Part shown: piece after piece, positions 26,511-37,100 of the stretch | How positions within the stretch are numbered: the stretch's first letter is position 1 | Layout: every line of letters starts with the position of its first letter | Source: a virus | Virus record (IMG/VR): IMGVR_UViG_3300045988_140792 | Coordinates: 1-62,696 of that record | Direction: 5' to 3' (one strand) | DNA length: 62,696 nucleotides | Position numbers and translations under genes: made by a program | Notes under the pieces: generated by a model | What the model saw: the letters and a program-made list of their open reading frames with translations, nothing else | What the model was told of the DNA's origin: nothing | Database searches by the model: none

Positions 26511-27323
26511 CTACATTCCAACCATCTGGCTATACACCTGTTCGGTTCGGCTCTTCTCCTTTGGAAGAGAAGGAGCACCACCGCCACCATTGATGTTGAT
26601 GTTCCGCTTGCCACCCTGTCTTCCATCATGTAGCTGCTTCTGCTGGTCGATTTTCTCGTTCTTGCCACGCTTATAGCCTCTATCCTCGGCATCAGCCACA
26701 GCCTTGTCGAAGTCCTTGATTTGGAAGAGACGCAAGAAGTCTGCCTTCTTCAAGCCATACCGGGCAGCACGCCATACGAATCCATCATCATCGTGGTCTT
26801 CGCCATCATCGCTACGCTTATACATCCACTCTATCAAGTCCTTGATAGACTCGGGCTTAATCTTGGCTTCCTTCATGGCTGCATCAAGTTCCTTATCCTC
26901 TTGCTTCATGTTGGCTGCAAGAGTCTCCTTGCCCTTGGCTAGTTTCTCACTGGCTGCTAGCTTTTCCTTCTCGCTAGTCTTCAAGCGTTTCCTAGCCTCC
27001 TCGTCACCATTGATGGCTTCTATGTAGTCCTGTCCTAGCTCGTCTATCAAGTAGTCGATAAGGTTGAAGTCGCCACCATCGGCATTTTTCTTTGTAATGA
27101 GACCTGTCACCAGCCCAGGCGCATGAGGATTTTCTTTCAGCATATTGTTGAAGTCGTCCATCCTTTTCTTGCTTTGGTCGTACTGGTCGTAATCGGTCGC
27201 AATTTGGTTATAAACAGCCTCATCATCGTCCATATTCAGGTCGGGATAACGCTGAGCAAGACGCTCTCTGAAAGAATCTCGCTTTGATTTAACATTCTGA
27301 TTATCAATCGTTTCTTTTGCCAT
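26511..27323 (-). CDS. Scaffolding protein candidate
   Basis: 270 aa, acidic and coiled-coil. First gene after the promoter and just upstream of the capsid gene. Confidence 0.6.
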   Translation of the reverse strand: MAKETIDNQNVKSKRDSFRERLAQRYPDLNMDDDEAVYNQIATDYDQYDQSKKRMDDFNNMLKENPHAPGLVTGLITKKNADGGDFNLIDYLIDELGQDYIEAINGDEEARKRLKTSEKEKLAASEKLAKGKETLAANMKQEDKELDAAMKEAKIKPESIKDLIEWMYKRSDDGEDHDDDGFVWRAARYGLKKADFLRLFQIKDFDKAVADAEDRGYKRGKNEKIDQQKQLHDGRQGGKRNININGGGGAPSLPKEKSRTEQVYSQMVGM

Positions 27324-27349
27324 AAACGTTCATTTTTAATATTTGTGTG

Positions 27350-27397
27350 CTAAATTAAGCAAAATTTCGCATTACTTTGTGATAAGTTCTGCATCTT
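27350..27397 (-). promoter_or_regulatory. Late-type promoter with a degenerate left half: AAGATGCAGAACTTATCAC - N21 - TAATTTAG
   Basis: Same 21-nt spacing as the other sites. Gene start at 27323. Confidence 0.5.
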
Positions 27398-27417
27398 GAT
27401 GAATTAATTTTGTTGGC

Positions 27418-27852
27418 ATGAAACATCTAAATTCCATATCCGAAATTTACCTTAAAAGAGACCAGGAAATGTTTCTGCTCTTTCGTAAGGCCAAGAGGAT
27501 GGTAGAATATCCTACCACCATGGCTAAGATATGCGATTACATCGCCAAGATGCCAGCCTCTTGTTATTATCTCGCTGATAGCACAGCCTATCGGTATGTA
27601 TGCAAACGCATCAAGGGGGAAAAGCCTAAGTTCGGCAAATACCAAGCCATGAAGGAAAAGCTATTCGAAGCCTTCTATCAGGATTTCTTGCGCCTCCGTC
27701 AGATGGAACAATACAAGGAATACAACACCAAGCATCTTGTGTATGTGTGCCTAGACCTTCCTGCGCCCAACATGGGGATGGCACCTCGCTACATACAGAT
27801 GAAAATCAACAATTATTTCCGCAATAAGAAAACATCATTCATCACTCGATAA
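27418..27852 (+). CDS. Hypothetical protein
   Basis: 144-aa ORF, first gene of the plus-strand terminase block. Confidence 0.5.
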   Translation: MKHLNSISEIYLKRDQEMFLLFRKAKRMVEYPTTMAKICDYIAKMPASCYYLADSTAYRYVCKRIKGEKPKFGKYQAMKEKLFEAFYQDFLRLRQMEQYKEYNTKHLVYVCLDLPAPNMGMAPRYIQMKINNYFRNKKTSFITR

Positions 27853-27866
27853 AACTCTCATTCATT

Positions 27867-28346
27867 ATGCGTACATTATATATAACACTCCTCATCGTCC
27901 TCCTGATGGCTTTCATCATTCCGCTGCACGCCAATCTTGCTGTGTCGCCATCCTCGCCTCAATACTCCCATTTCGTTTACATGTTCGGTCATGCCAACTT
28001 CATCCATTGGGCTGTTAATGCCTGGTGCCTCCTTATGGTGCATCGTCAGTTTCGCATCCATCGTGTGCTGGCTTCGTGGCTTGCCTCCGTTGGTCTCTCC
28101 TTCCTTTATTATCCGTCCCTCCCAGTCTTGGGCGCATCGGTCATTATATCTTTCTTCATGGGCTTCACCGCTCCGTGGCTCTACAGGCGAAAACGCTTAG
28201 CCTTCTGGCAGATGCTCATCATCCTAGTGATTGGATGCCTCCTCCCTCACATAGCTGGCATCTATCACCTCATCCTCTTTGCCATCGGATTCATCTATGC
28301 CAAGGCAGAAGGATTCATTCGCAAATCTCAAAAACTCAACATTTAA
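27867..28346 (+). CDS. Rhomboid-like intramembrane serine protease candidate (minimal, 159 aa)
   Basis: Three rhomboid motifs occur in the correct order within hydrophobic helices: H42-x4-H47-x3-N51 (GHANFIHWAVN), GxSx (LGASVII, Ser91) and H128 in PHIAGIYHLILFAIG (compare GlpG AHIAGLAVG). Confidence 0.5.
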   Translation: MRTLYITLLIVLLMAFIIPLHANLAVSPSSPQYSHFVYMFGHANFIHWAVNAWCLLMVHRQFRIHRVLASWLASVGLSFLYYPSLPVLGASVIISFFMGFTAPWLYRRKRLAFWQMLIILVIGCLLPHIAGIYHLILFAIGFIYAKAEGFIRKSQKLNI

Positions 28347-28378
28347 CATTCAACACATAACATTATTATATATAACGG

Positions 28379-30568
28379 ATGCCAGTAGCAAAATCCACAT
28401 TAAAGGTACGACCTCAGCAGCAACTGTCCGAAGAGAAACTCAACGAGATTCTAGAGGAGAATAAGAGAAGGCTCACAAGCCTCCTCGCTACTTATCGTCC
28501 CATTACAGGAGAGAATGCCCCTGGTCTTCGCTTCGAGTGCGTCATCACAGATTTCCTGAATGGAAAGAAACTTTGGCTTCCTGTAGAGATGTTGAAGGAA
28601 AAGAAGTTCTGCGCCATCATCAAGTGCGGTTCTATCTCTGCCTTCTGCGAGAAGTACATGGCAGACCTGGATCAAGAAAAGGCTCGCGATGCAGTATTCC
28701 GCTATCTCATCCGTCTGCGCTGTAAGCACGATTTTTATTTCTTCGCCTATGCCTATGCCCGAATCAAGAATAAGGATGGTGGCGATGATATACCTTTCCT
28801 TCTCAACCATGCACAGATAGGTCTCACCAAGGATTTCGAACGGCAACGCCTTCATGGTGAGCTGCACAGTATTTTGATTATCCTCTTGAAGTGTCGCCAA
28901 TGGGGAGGTTCTACTGATACCGAGGTTTACATGTTCTGGATTCAGATGTTCTGGAAGACCAACTGGAATAGCAACATCATCGGTCACCAGTCTTCATCTG
29001 CTACCCAGGTGTTCGATATGTACGAGAAATTGGCGAATGCCATCCCTACATGGCTCTACTATGAGATTGGAGAGACTTTCAAGGAAGATTCTCGCAAACT
29101 CCGCACATCAAGCACTCAGAACAATATCAAGTACCTCATCCCTCGCTCCTGCAAGATACAGACTGGTTCGGCTCGTAACCCTGAGTCCTGCCGTTCTGCC
29201 GATGCAGCTATGGCTCACATCACCGAGGAAGCCTTTTTCCCTAACACTACAGAGTGGACTCCACAGAAGGTTGTCAATGCCGCAATCTCGCCTATCAATG
29301 TTACGAGACCTTACACCTTCATCGTGCGAGAGTCTACCCCTAACGGGCGTGAAAATGAGTTTCATGATGAATGGGTGCGTGCCAACTCTTTCGACAAGGA
29401 CGGCAATCGCCTTTCCATCTATACCCCTTACTTCGTTCCATGGTTCCACATCGAGAAGTATATCCTTCCTTTCAAGTCTGAGCAAGAAAAGATTGATTTC
29501 GTTCTTTGGCTCTACAAGAATCGTGAGGATGAGCAATATCATGGCTCTTACTTCTGGTGGCTTTGGGAAATCAAGGGTGCAACCCTCGAAGGCATCCATT
29601 GGTATGTGAATGAGTGCAAGAAGTACAGCGACTTGGATGGTATGCGCCAAGAGTACCCTTCCGATGACGTGGAAGCCTTCCTCTTCTCCGGCACTACCGT
29701 CTTCGACCCTTACAAGTTGAAGGAGATGGAAGAGGATTGCAAGGGCATCGAGCCTATCATGGTGGGCGACATCGAGGGAGATTCCTACGATGCTGCCGAC
29801 CCTGCTTGCATGAACAACATCCGTTTCGTAGAGCGTGCTGGTGGACCTCTCAAAGTTTGGGCTGGACCCGACAACTCCGAGATTGTCAAGCATCGTTACG
29901 TTGTAGCCTGCGATATTGGTGGTTCACATAAAACCTCCGACTTCTCCGACATCGTGGTGCTCGACCGCTACGATGAAATCTATGGTGGTGTTCCCGAGAT
30001 TGTAGCCGAATGGCATGGTCACTGCGATGCCGACCAACTCGCCATGCGTTGCGCCCAGATTGCTCATTTCTTTAATGATGCCTTCCTGGTTATCGAGAAC
30101 AATACCGCTTACTCTCGTATGAATAATACCGAGGGCAACCAGTCTGAGCTGTTCTTCCCTATTCTCATCCCTCTCTACCACAATCTATATAGTGCGTCAC
30201 AGTCCAAGTTGAAGAAGGTGAAGAACATTGAGACCAAATGGGGATTCAATACTAACAAGGCTACCAAGGTGGCAGTAGTGAAGACCATGGCACGCATCAT
30301 CCGAGACGGTGGCTATATGGAGCGAGAACTTGCAGCCATTGATGAATGCACCTACTTCCTCTACTACAAGCAGAACGACTGCTACGGTGCCATTGCAGGC
30401 AAGCACGATGACCGTGTTATGGCTAGAGCTATCGCCCTCTACGTGGAGAAGGATATGCCAGCACCTGAAATCGTTCCATTCCGTTCAAAGGCAGAGATAG
30501 AGCGTGAACGCCTCCGCAACCGCCCACCTGTAGTAGCCGAGCTGTCAGGCATAGGTGGTGGCAGCTAG
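28379..30568 (+). CDS. terL: Terminase large subunit
   Basis: 729 aa. ATPase region LKCRQWGGST. Nuclease-domain acidic motifs VVACDIGG...SDFSDIVVLD and GKHDDRVMA. Confidence 0.85.
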   Translation: MPVAKSTLKVRPQQQLSEEKLNEILEENKRRLTSLLATYRPITGENAPGLRFECVITDFLNGKKLWLPVEMLKEKKFCAIIKCGSISAFCEKYMADLDQEKARDAVFRYLIRLRCKHDFYFFAYAYARIKNKDGGDDIPFLLNHAQIGLTKDFERQRLHGELHSILIILLKCRQWGGSTDTEVYMFWIQMFWKTNWNSNIIGHQSSSATQVFDMYEKLANAIPTWLYYEIGETFKEDSRKLRTSSTQNNIKYLIPRSCKIQTGSARNPESCRSADAAMAHITEEAFFPNTTEWTPQKVVNAAISPINVTRPYTFIVRESTPNGRENEFHDEWVRANSFDKDGNRLSIYTPYFVPWFHIEKYILPFKSEQEKIDFVLWLYKNREDEQYHGSYFWWLWEIKGATLEGIHWYVNECKKYSDLDGMRQEYPSDDVEAFLFSGTTVFDPYKLKEMEEDCKGIEPIMVGDIEGDSYDAADPACMNNIRFVERAGGPLKVWAGPDNSEIVKHRYVVACDIGGSHKTSDFSDIVVLDRYDEIYGGVPEIVAEWHGHCDADQLAMRCAQIAHFFNDAFLVIENNTAYSRMNNTEGNQSELFFPILIPLYHNLYSASQSKLKKVKNIETKWGFNTNKATKVAVVKTMARIIRDGGYMERELAAIDECTYFLYYKQNDCYGAIAGKHDDRVMARAIALYVEKDMPAPEIVPFRSKAEIERERLRNRPPVVAELSGIGGGS

Positions 30569-30582
30569 CCCTCTCCCTGAGC

Positions 30583-30613
30583 CACCGTTCCAGGCGATTC
30601 CATCGCCTGTCCA
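30583..30613 (+). terminator. Conserved stem-loop element, copy C (CAGGCGAT-TCC-ATCGCCTG)
   Basis: Stem at 30591..30598 / 30602..30609, directly after the terL stop. Confidence 0.45.
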
Positions 30614-30644
30614 TATAAGTTAACAATTAAAAGTAAAAAGAAAA

Positions 30645-31112
30645 ATGAAAAAAGTTTATCAAAATCATCTTCGCAAGATGCTGATAGCCATCTACCAGCC
30701 AGTCATCACTCGTATCGAACTCTTCCGCTCCACTCGTATGTGGCAGAAGGGAGTGAAAGCCACCCTTGCTAAGTACAAGGAAGGTGGTGCGCCTCGCTTC
30801 TACATGCTCTACGACCAGTCTCACAAGGATTGGGCGATTATGACCTACGACCCCAACCGCAAGGGTATGCTCGCCTACCGTCGCCTAGTCCAGCTTGGCA
30901 AGTGGAAGGCAACACGCTACTTCAAGAACGTGAAAGACATCAAGGCTGCCTCCTACTACTACACCCCGTCAAAATGGGGAGCAATCGGCTGCGATGCCGA
31001 CAACAAGGTTAGAGCCAAGAAGTTGAAGCAGTGGCAAGACTATTACATGTATCGTGTTTCCGTCCCGATGGAAAAGCTACGCTCCTACAAGAAGAAATAT
31101 GGTATAGCTTAA
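30645..31112 (+). CDS. Hypothetical protein (basic)
   Basis: 155-aa ORF. Confidence 0.5.
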   Translation: MKKVYQNHLRKMLIAIYQPVITRIELFRSTRMWQKGVKATLAKYKEGGAPRFYMLYDQSHKDWAIMTYDPNRKGMLAYRRLVQLGKWKATRYFKNVKDIKAASYYYTPSKWGAIGCDADNKVRAKKLKQWQDYYMYRVSVPMEKLRSYKKKYGIA

Positions 31113-31127
31113 GCCCACACAAAACAA

Positions 31128-31170
31128 AAGGAAGAAAAAGCCATCACGGTCTCCTCTTCCTTATCTTTTT
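31128..31170 (+). terminator. Terminator candidate between convergent genes
   Basis: AAGGAAGA ... TCTTCCTT 8-bp stem followed by ATCTTTTT. Confidence 0.5.
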
Positions 31171-31246
31171 ACCTTTAAACTAAAACCTAAAAACAATCTA
31201 CTAACTAAAAACTTAAGAGTTTATTATGATTCTAAGAACTTTCTTT

Positions 31247-33304
31247 TTATGTGCCCGATGATGGCAAAGTTGCCAAGTCATTTACTCCATCGCTTGCATC
31301 TTTCAGGTGTGTTGCTGGCGTACCTGTCTGCTGTTGTCCAGCTCCTGCTGTAGGCATTTCGCCATTCGCTTGCTGCTGCGCTTGCATCGCCTGTAGCTTC
31401 TCTAGCTGTTCCTTGAAGTACTTCTTCATTCTGCTAGTACCAGGGAATTGTCCTACGGTCAGCATCGTATATGGGTCCATCTTACCACTAACCATCATCT
31501 GCCAAGCCATATCGTTATTAGCATTTCTGATAAGTGGGCTGTAAGCGTCCAAGTCGATGGAAACATCTAAATCCATATCCCTCATGGTCTCTGGATTGAA
31601 ATGTGTCTCGAAATCGTCCCCTGTCAGTTTCACGCTATCCGCTGAGGTACAAAACTCTTGTATGAGATACAGCTTCTTCTTGGCGATTCTCACCTTGAAG
31701 TTATTGAAGCTCTCCACGAAGTCCTGTATCGTGGTGGATGAACTTTCCCTTTCCAGTTGGTATTGCTTACCGCTAGTGTTGCGATGAACGCCTTGCAGAG
31801 CACCCTGCACGCCTGTACCCTCACTTGCCATGGTCTTGGCGAAGTTAACCATGAAGTCAACTCCTGCCGGAATACTCTTGTTGACCAAATTCTGCGGTGG
31901 CTTGCCTCCATTCTTGGAGTTCCATAAGATAAAGCCATCTGTTTTGGTATAGTTCACTTGCATTTCATCGATGCTTTGTTTCTCGCTCAGAGCATTCTCA
32001 TCCACAAGCATCGTACCCTTGGCACCATTCGCTACAATGAAGTTTATCATCATCATATAGTGGTTCAAGGTGCGTTGATTATTCTCGGCACGCATCGAAA
32101 AACTTCTTACCTCGCCATTCAGGCAAGGATATGCCACGAAGGTATATGGCATGATGGAAGTTCTGAAACCGTCTCTCAATACATAATAAGGCGATTCCCT
32201 AGCATCCAGCAGATAGCCATTCGGAGTTAGGTATCTTCTGTACCAATAGGTCTCAACCTCATCCTTCATTTCGATGGTCTTAAGCTCTGATGAGTCCACA
32301 TAATAGATAGGCTCACCGTTCTCATCGAGCACAGGCAGACCGTTCTCGTCCTTCATGATGTTGGCTTCCTCTAGCTTCCGCTTCTTCTCCTCGTAGAAAG
32401 CTCGTTGGTCAGGAGAGGCATATCCGCTAGTTCCTGCATCCCAGTCATGCACCCAGATGGCTGGTCTAGTCTCCTTCGTCCATATCTCCAATACCCGGTA
32501 CTTACCGATTACCGAAGAATGGGTGAAATCGTCTATCCCTGCATACTGCGCTTCACCATTCGGGTGATAAGTCTGTTCTGGAGCGAAATGATGCTGTGTC
32601 TGTAGATATATCTCGCTCAGTTTGTCCACCTCAGCCTTGCTTCCATCGGTGAAGGTGGCGATTATCTCTCGCCAAGTCAAATCGTGAGCCTCAGCGATAA
32701 ATTCTATGTCGCTCAGGTCATACTTGAAGAAAGGTGGCAACGCTATCTTAAAGATGTCCACCATGTAGTCAAATATACCATTCTTTCCGTCCTTCCTGCC
32801 ATAGTAGGTTTTCATGCCCACGAAGGCGAAGACACAGAAGGCATAAAACATTCTGGCATCTAGCTCCTGTCGGTCGTTCAAGTTGTCGTTCTGCCGAAGG
32901 TATTCATTGAAGAAATTGATATAGTCCTCCTCGTTGGGGTCTACGGCACTGCAAGAGGCTGTACTGCGCTGCTGGCGCACAAGTCCTACGAGAGAAAGCA
33001 GCTTGTCACCTATCACATCATATTCCAGTATAGGCATACCCTTCATTTCCATATACTGACGGATGCTTATCTTTCTGCCGTTCCACTCTATCAGTTCTTC
33101 CAGCTGTCTGCCCATCACGAAGTCCTGCGCTCGCTTCCACTTCTTTCTCAGCTCTGCGCCATCATAGAAGTATTGGCAAGCCCATTCTATCAGCCGAAGG
33201 TTGCTGTCCGTCTGGGCAAACCGCTCCCTGCTCACTCCCTCCAGGGAGTCAGGTCCAGGCTCGGCATAGTTCGAAATATCATTTATAACACGATTATCTG
33301 GCAT
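31247..33304 (-). CDS. Portal protein candidate
   Basis: 685 aa with its own late promoter, adjacent to the terminase block. Has a Q-rich C-terminal tail. The call rests mainly on size and position. Confidence 0.55.
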   Translation of the reverse strand: MPDNRVINDISNYAEPGPDSLEGVSRERFAQTDSNLRLIEWACQYFYDGAELRKKWKRAQDFVMGRQLEELIEWNGRKISIRQYMEMKGMPILEYDVIGDKLLSLVGLVRQQRSTASCSAVDPNEEDYINFFNEYLRQNDNLNDRQELDARMFYAFCVFAFVGMKTYYGRKDGKNGIFDYMVDIFKIALPPFFKYDLSDIEFIAEAHDLTWREIIATFTDGSKAEVDKLSEIYLQTQHHFAPEQTYHPNGEAQYAGIDDFTHSSVIGKYRVLEIWTKETRPAIWVHDWDAGTSGYASPDQRAFYEEKKRKLEEANIMKDENGLPVLDENGEPIYYVDSSELKTIEMKDEVETYWYRRYLTPNGYLLDARESPYYVLRDGFRTSIMPYTFVAYPCLNGEVRSFSMRAENNQRTLNHYMMMINFIVANGAKGTMLVDENALSEKQSIDEMQVNYTKTDGFILWNSKNGGKPPQNLVNKSIPAGVDFMVNFAKTMASEGTGVQGALQGVHRNTSGKQYQLERESSSTTIQDFVESFNNFKVRIAKKKLYLIQEFCTSADSVKLTGDDFETHFNPETMRDMDLDVSIDLDAYSPLIRNANNDMAWQMMVSGKMDPYTMLTVGQFPGTSRMKKYFKEQLEKLQAMQAQQQANGEMPTAGAGQQQTGTPATHLKDASDGVNDLATLPSSGT

Positions 33305-33321
33305 AATTCTTAATTTTTCGC

Positions 33322-33403
33322 CAAAAATACCGCCTTTTTCTCACTTCTTAGTGATAAGTTGCGCAACTTAACATTACTTTCTCATATTTTCCCCTTATTT
33401 TTG
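33322..33403. promoter_or_regulatory. Bidirectional late-type promoter pair centred on the perfect palindrome AAGTTGCGCAACTT (33356..33369)
   Basis: -7 boxes TATTTTTG lie exactly 26 nt from each palindrome edge: minus strand 33322..33329, plus strand 33396..33403. Confidence 0.6.
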
Positions 33404-33451
33404 TTCCGCAATTCTTTTAAATGTAGAATTTCTAATATATTAGATGATAGT

Positions 33452-33922
33452 ATGAGTAAATCAATCAATGTTCACGAAGCCTGCGTCATCACCAAGGATG
33501 ATAAAGGCAACCTCTCCCTGGTTGGCAAGGCGAAAGAAGCCCTCACCACCTTGAAGAAGAATAAGGTTTCCGTCTGCATTCTTCTCTGTGACAACAAGAA
33601 GGAGGATGTGGAGAAGTTTCTTAACGACAATAATGTACCATTCTCCTCTATCTACACCAAGGAAGAGACCGACAAGGATGGCAACACAAAGCATGTTGAC
33701 CCACCAAAGGCAGATGTCACCATCATGCCAAGCTCCAAGGTTATCACCCTTCGAGACGATTGGCAGTGGTGCTTGGATGATATTGCTCACCGTCTTTGGG
33801 GCGAAAAGAAGAAAGAAGCTCCAAAGAGTGAACAGCAGAGCATGGACGAAGCCATGAAGCGTTACATAGATTGGGCGAAGCCTAAGAAGGCAGAAGCCAA
33901 CGGACCCGCCCAGATAGGTTAG
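33452..33922 (+). CDS. Hypothetical protein
   Basis: The likely start MSKSINV at 33452 lies 48 nt after the plus-strand -7 box. The tracked ORF starts at 33359. Confidence 0.55.
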   Translation: MSKSINVHEACVITKDDKGNLSLVGKAKEALTTLKKNKVSVCILLCDNKKEDVEKFLNDNNVPFSSIYTKEETDKDGNTKHVDPPKADVTIMPSSKVITLRDDWQWCLDDIAHRLWGEKKKEAPKSEQQSMDEAMKRYIDWAKPKKAEANGPAQIG

Positions 33923-34001
33923 TCATCGCTCCAACATCTTCAAAATACGATTTTCATTTTTTATTAAAAATATATTTGGAATTTAGAATTTTACGACTAT
34001 C

Positions 34002-34036
34002 AAAAAGGGACTCGCTGTGAAGCAAGTCCCTTTTAT
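34002..34036. terminator. Bidirectional terminator
   Basis: AAAAA-GGGACT-(12 nt)-AGTCCC-TTTT between convergent genes. Confidence 0.6.
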
Positions 34037-34170
34037 TATATACCGGGCTACGAGTAAGCCCTCGTCACTTTTTTTATGCCGGGCTAAAAAGAAAAATCGA
34101 ACACAAAACCACATTGGCCAATCCTATTTCAAGGAAATATAGAACATTTTTCAGAATGGAGTGCGCCGGG

Positions 34171-37100
34171 CTACTCCATTCCGTTTAATGTTTCAATCAG
34201 CTCCTTTCTGGTCTTGCGAATCTCCACCATTTTGGCGGCATCGTTCTGACCGTCCATTTGCTTCTTAGCCTTATTCATCTTCCTTCTTGCAGCAGAGATA
34301 GCCTTTCTAGCTGCAAACAGTCGCTTGTTGGTCTTGCTGTTCTTGAAGGCATTAGCCTTCGCCTTGTCAACATCCTTCAAGCGTAGATACTCATCGTAGG
34401 TCTCCATCGTTCCGTTCCATACAGCCTGTATTCTCCAGTCCTCTGTCACATCCTCCGATTTCGCCTTCATCAAGTACTTGTTTTCAGCCTTTTCCATCTC
34501 CTTCAAATCATCCTCCCCATTCAGATAGCTCTGCACCATGTCCAGTGCCTCCTTCTGGGTGAATGCCTTATACTCGCTTTGAGAGAGGAATTTCTTCATC
34601 TTCTGGCGCATCTTCTTCTTTTCCGTGATACTCTTAGCCTCATCGAAGCGTTCGCTAGCCACCTGTAGAGAGGTAACACCGTCTTGCATTTCAGATGCCT
34701 CCAACGCCTTCACAGAAGAGATTGCAGCCTTCAACTGTTCTTCTGGGTCGATACCATTCTGTACACAAGCGTTGTAAGTCATGGCTAAACCTTGCTTATC
34801 CTCTGACATAATAAAGGTTTTGAAGTAATCCTGCGCCTTATATCTAGAGAATCCCTTGGAAGAAGGGAATACTAAATCAAGCATCTTAAACTCCTTATCC
34901 TTTTGAGTCGGAACTGCAAACGGCACATAGTAAGAAGCTAGTTTCGGAATCAAGCCAAGATTCTCGCCATACTTTCTCTGCATTTCCTTATCTGCATAAT
35001 CAGGCGACTTAAACCAATCGTTGGCATCTAATATACTTCTTAGCAGTGGACTTGCCTTTCCGTACATGCGCCTAACCATAGGGCCAGGAAACGCAAAGTT
35101 GTCTTTGGCATCAAAGAACAACTCAGGTATCTCTCTAAATTGCTTTCCATGACGGATATACATTTCTGTTCCATCAGCATAGCGACCCATAAAGATTTTG
35201 CTCTGTTGCCCTAGGCTATTGCCACGCATCAGGTAGTCATACCAGTGCATACCATCAGGATATGCTAATTCGTATGGTGACTTGTAGCTAGGATTTGTCT
35301 TACGTATCTCATCAGCCTTCTCCTTCTGCTTTTCTTCGTCCCATGCTCTCATTGCAGCATTAACCAGCTGTGACAAGCCTTCATATCCTATCATGAAGCC
35401 GACACCATAGCAAAGAAGGCCAGATTTTGAACGCGACAATCTCAAATAGTCTTCTTTGGTCATTTCACCTCTTCCAAGAACATGCTTGTAATATTCCCAG
35501 AAATTCTTGATGCTTGCTTCATTCCAGATTGAGCCATAGCCGAAGATAGACAATGCGTGTCTTGTTGTTGAGATAAGCCAGTCCTTTGAGAGGAATATGA
35601 AATCAAGAATCGTTTGCATCTTTTTGGAAATGCCAAGCACATCGAAGTGCTGACCTCCAAACATATCATTCACGAATTGACCATCTTCATCCAATGCCTT
35701 ATTCAACATATCTTCATCCCAATTCAATTTCTTGGCTCTTTCCATTGTACGCTCGGCACGTAGCTGATAAGTTGCCAGTTTCAAACCATCATGCAGATAG
35801 CTCCACAAGGCAACATCAAGACCCTTCTGTGACATCTTTAACAACTCCGTTGCAACCTCCAAAGGGAAAGTAACAGAAGAACCTGCCTTCATAGCTACAT
35901 TACCATCCACTAACTTGGAATGAAGTTTTGCCACATAAGAATGTACCTTCTCGTAGAGATTTTCAATATCTGCTGTTGCATAGTCAGAAGTAGAGCCAAA
36001 CTTTACCAAATGTTTTGCAGCCTCCTTAAATGCCTCTGGATTAGCAAAGGCTGGAAGTTGGTGAGTCTTAGCTGTGTCCGTAATCAGATACTTCATAAAG
36101 TAAGCCATAGCCTTTGCAGGTCCAAACTCAGCAGAGTTCTGAACAGCATACACCTCGGTTAATGCACCAGCATGGAAACCAGAAAAGCCTAACTCCAAAG
36201 TCTTTGCTATACTCATGGCATTCTTGACACCTTTCAGTACTTTTGGTATTTTAACAGTGCCAAATGCAGCATTAAACCAATCCTCGGCAGATTTGTTGAA
36301 TATCTTACCTTGGTTGTAAACCCAGACGGTATTAATGCCCGGAACAACGTAAGGAGTATATTTGTTCTCATCTACCATCATTTCTTTTGGCTGAATACTG
36401 GACAATAATGGCATGCTACTGATTATCTCACCATCCTTATTTCGCTCTATCACATTAATTCCACTCAATTCTTGAAGGAACGTCTTGTTTGCGAATGCCT
36501 CAATGTTACTTTGGCTGTAGTAAGCCAACAAGTCTGTTATGTCAGTTGTCTTAGGCACAAGTCCTGCATCAACACCTTCCATATAGGTACTTACCTTTCG
36601 AAGCTTTTCATTAGGACTCTTTGTGCGCTGTCTGCCTTCCACCAAATCTGCATAAGCCTTATCATCGCTTTTCTCCTTGTCCCATCGATGATTAACATAG
36701 TCTGCTGTATAGCCTATATCATCCCTTACGGTATGACTATCTTTCAACCAAGTGAATGTTTTATCATACCATTCTCTAATCTTACCAAGAAGAGACTGCA
36801 TTTCTTCACTCAGATTCTTATATTCGATACCTTTTGGCACAATTCGCTTCAAGACAACAGGAAGTACATGCTCGGCTAAGAAGTCCGTGCCATCAATAGG
36901 AACAAAACCTTCCTCACCATTATGATTTTCATTGATAGCTTTTGCCATCTTGCTAGCAACTTCCGTCATGGAAGGTACATCATCATAGACAATAGTTTCC
37001 TTACCATTCTTCTCTACCTTGTGGCTATTAGCAGCCAAATCTCGCAACTCTTCTGTAAACGGTTGAATAGCATCAACATCTTCTGCGGTTACATGAATAT

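Noticed and set aside
29108-29893. A 261-aa minus-strand ORF (and 28451..28987) inside the terminase gene.
   Set aside because: It is antisense to terL, whose frame carries the ATPase and nuclease motifs.
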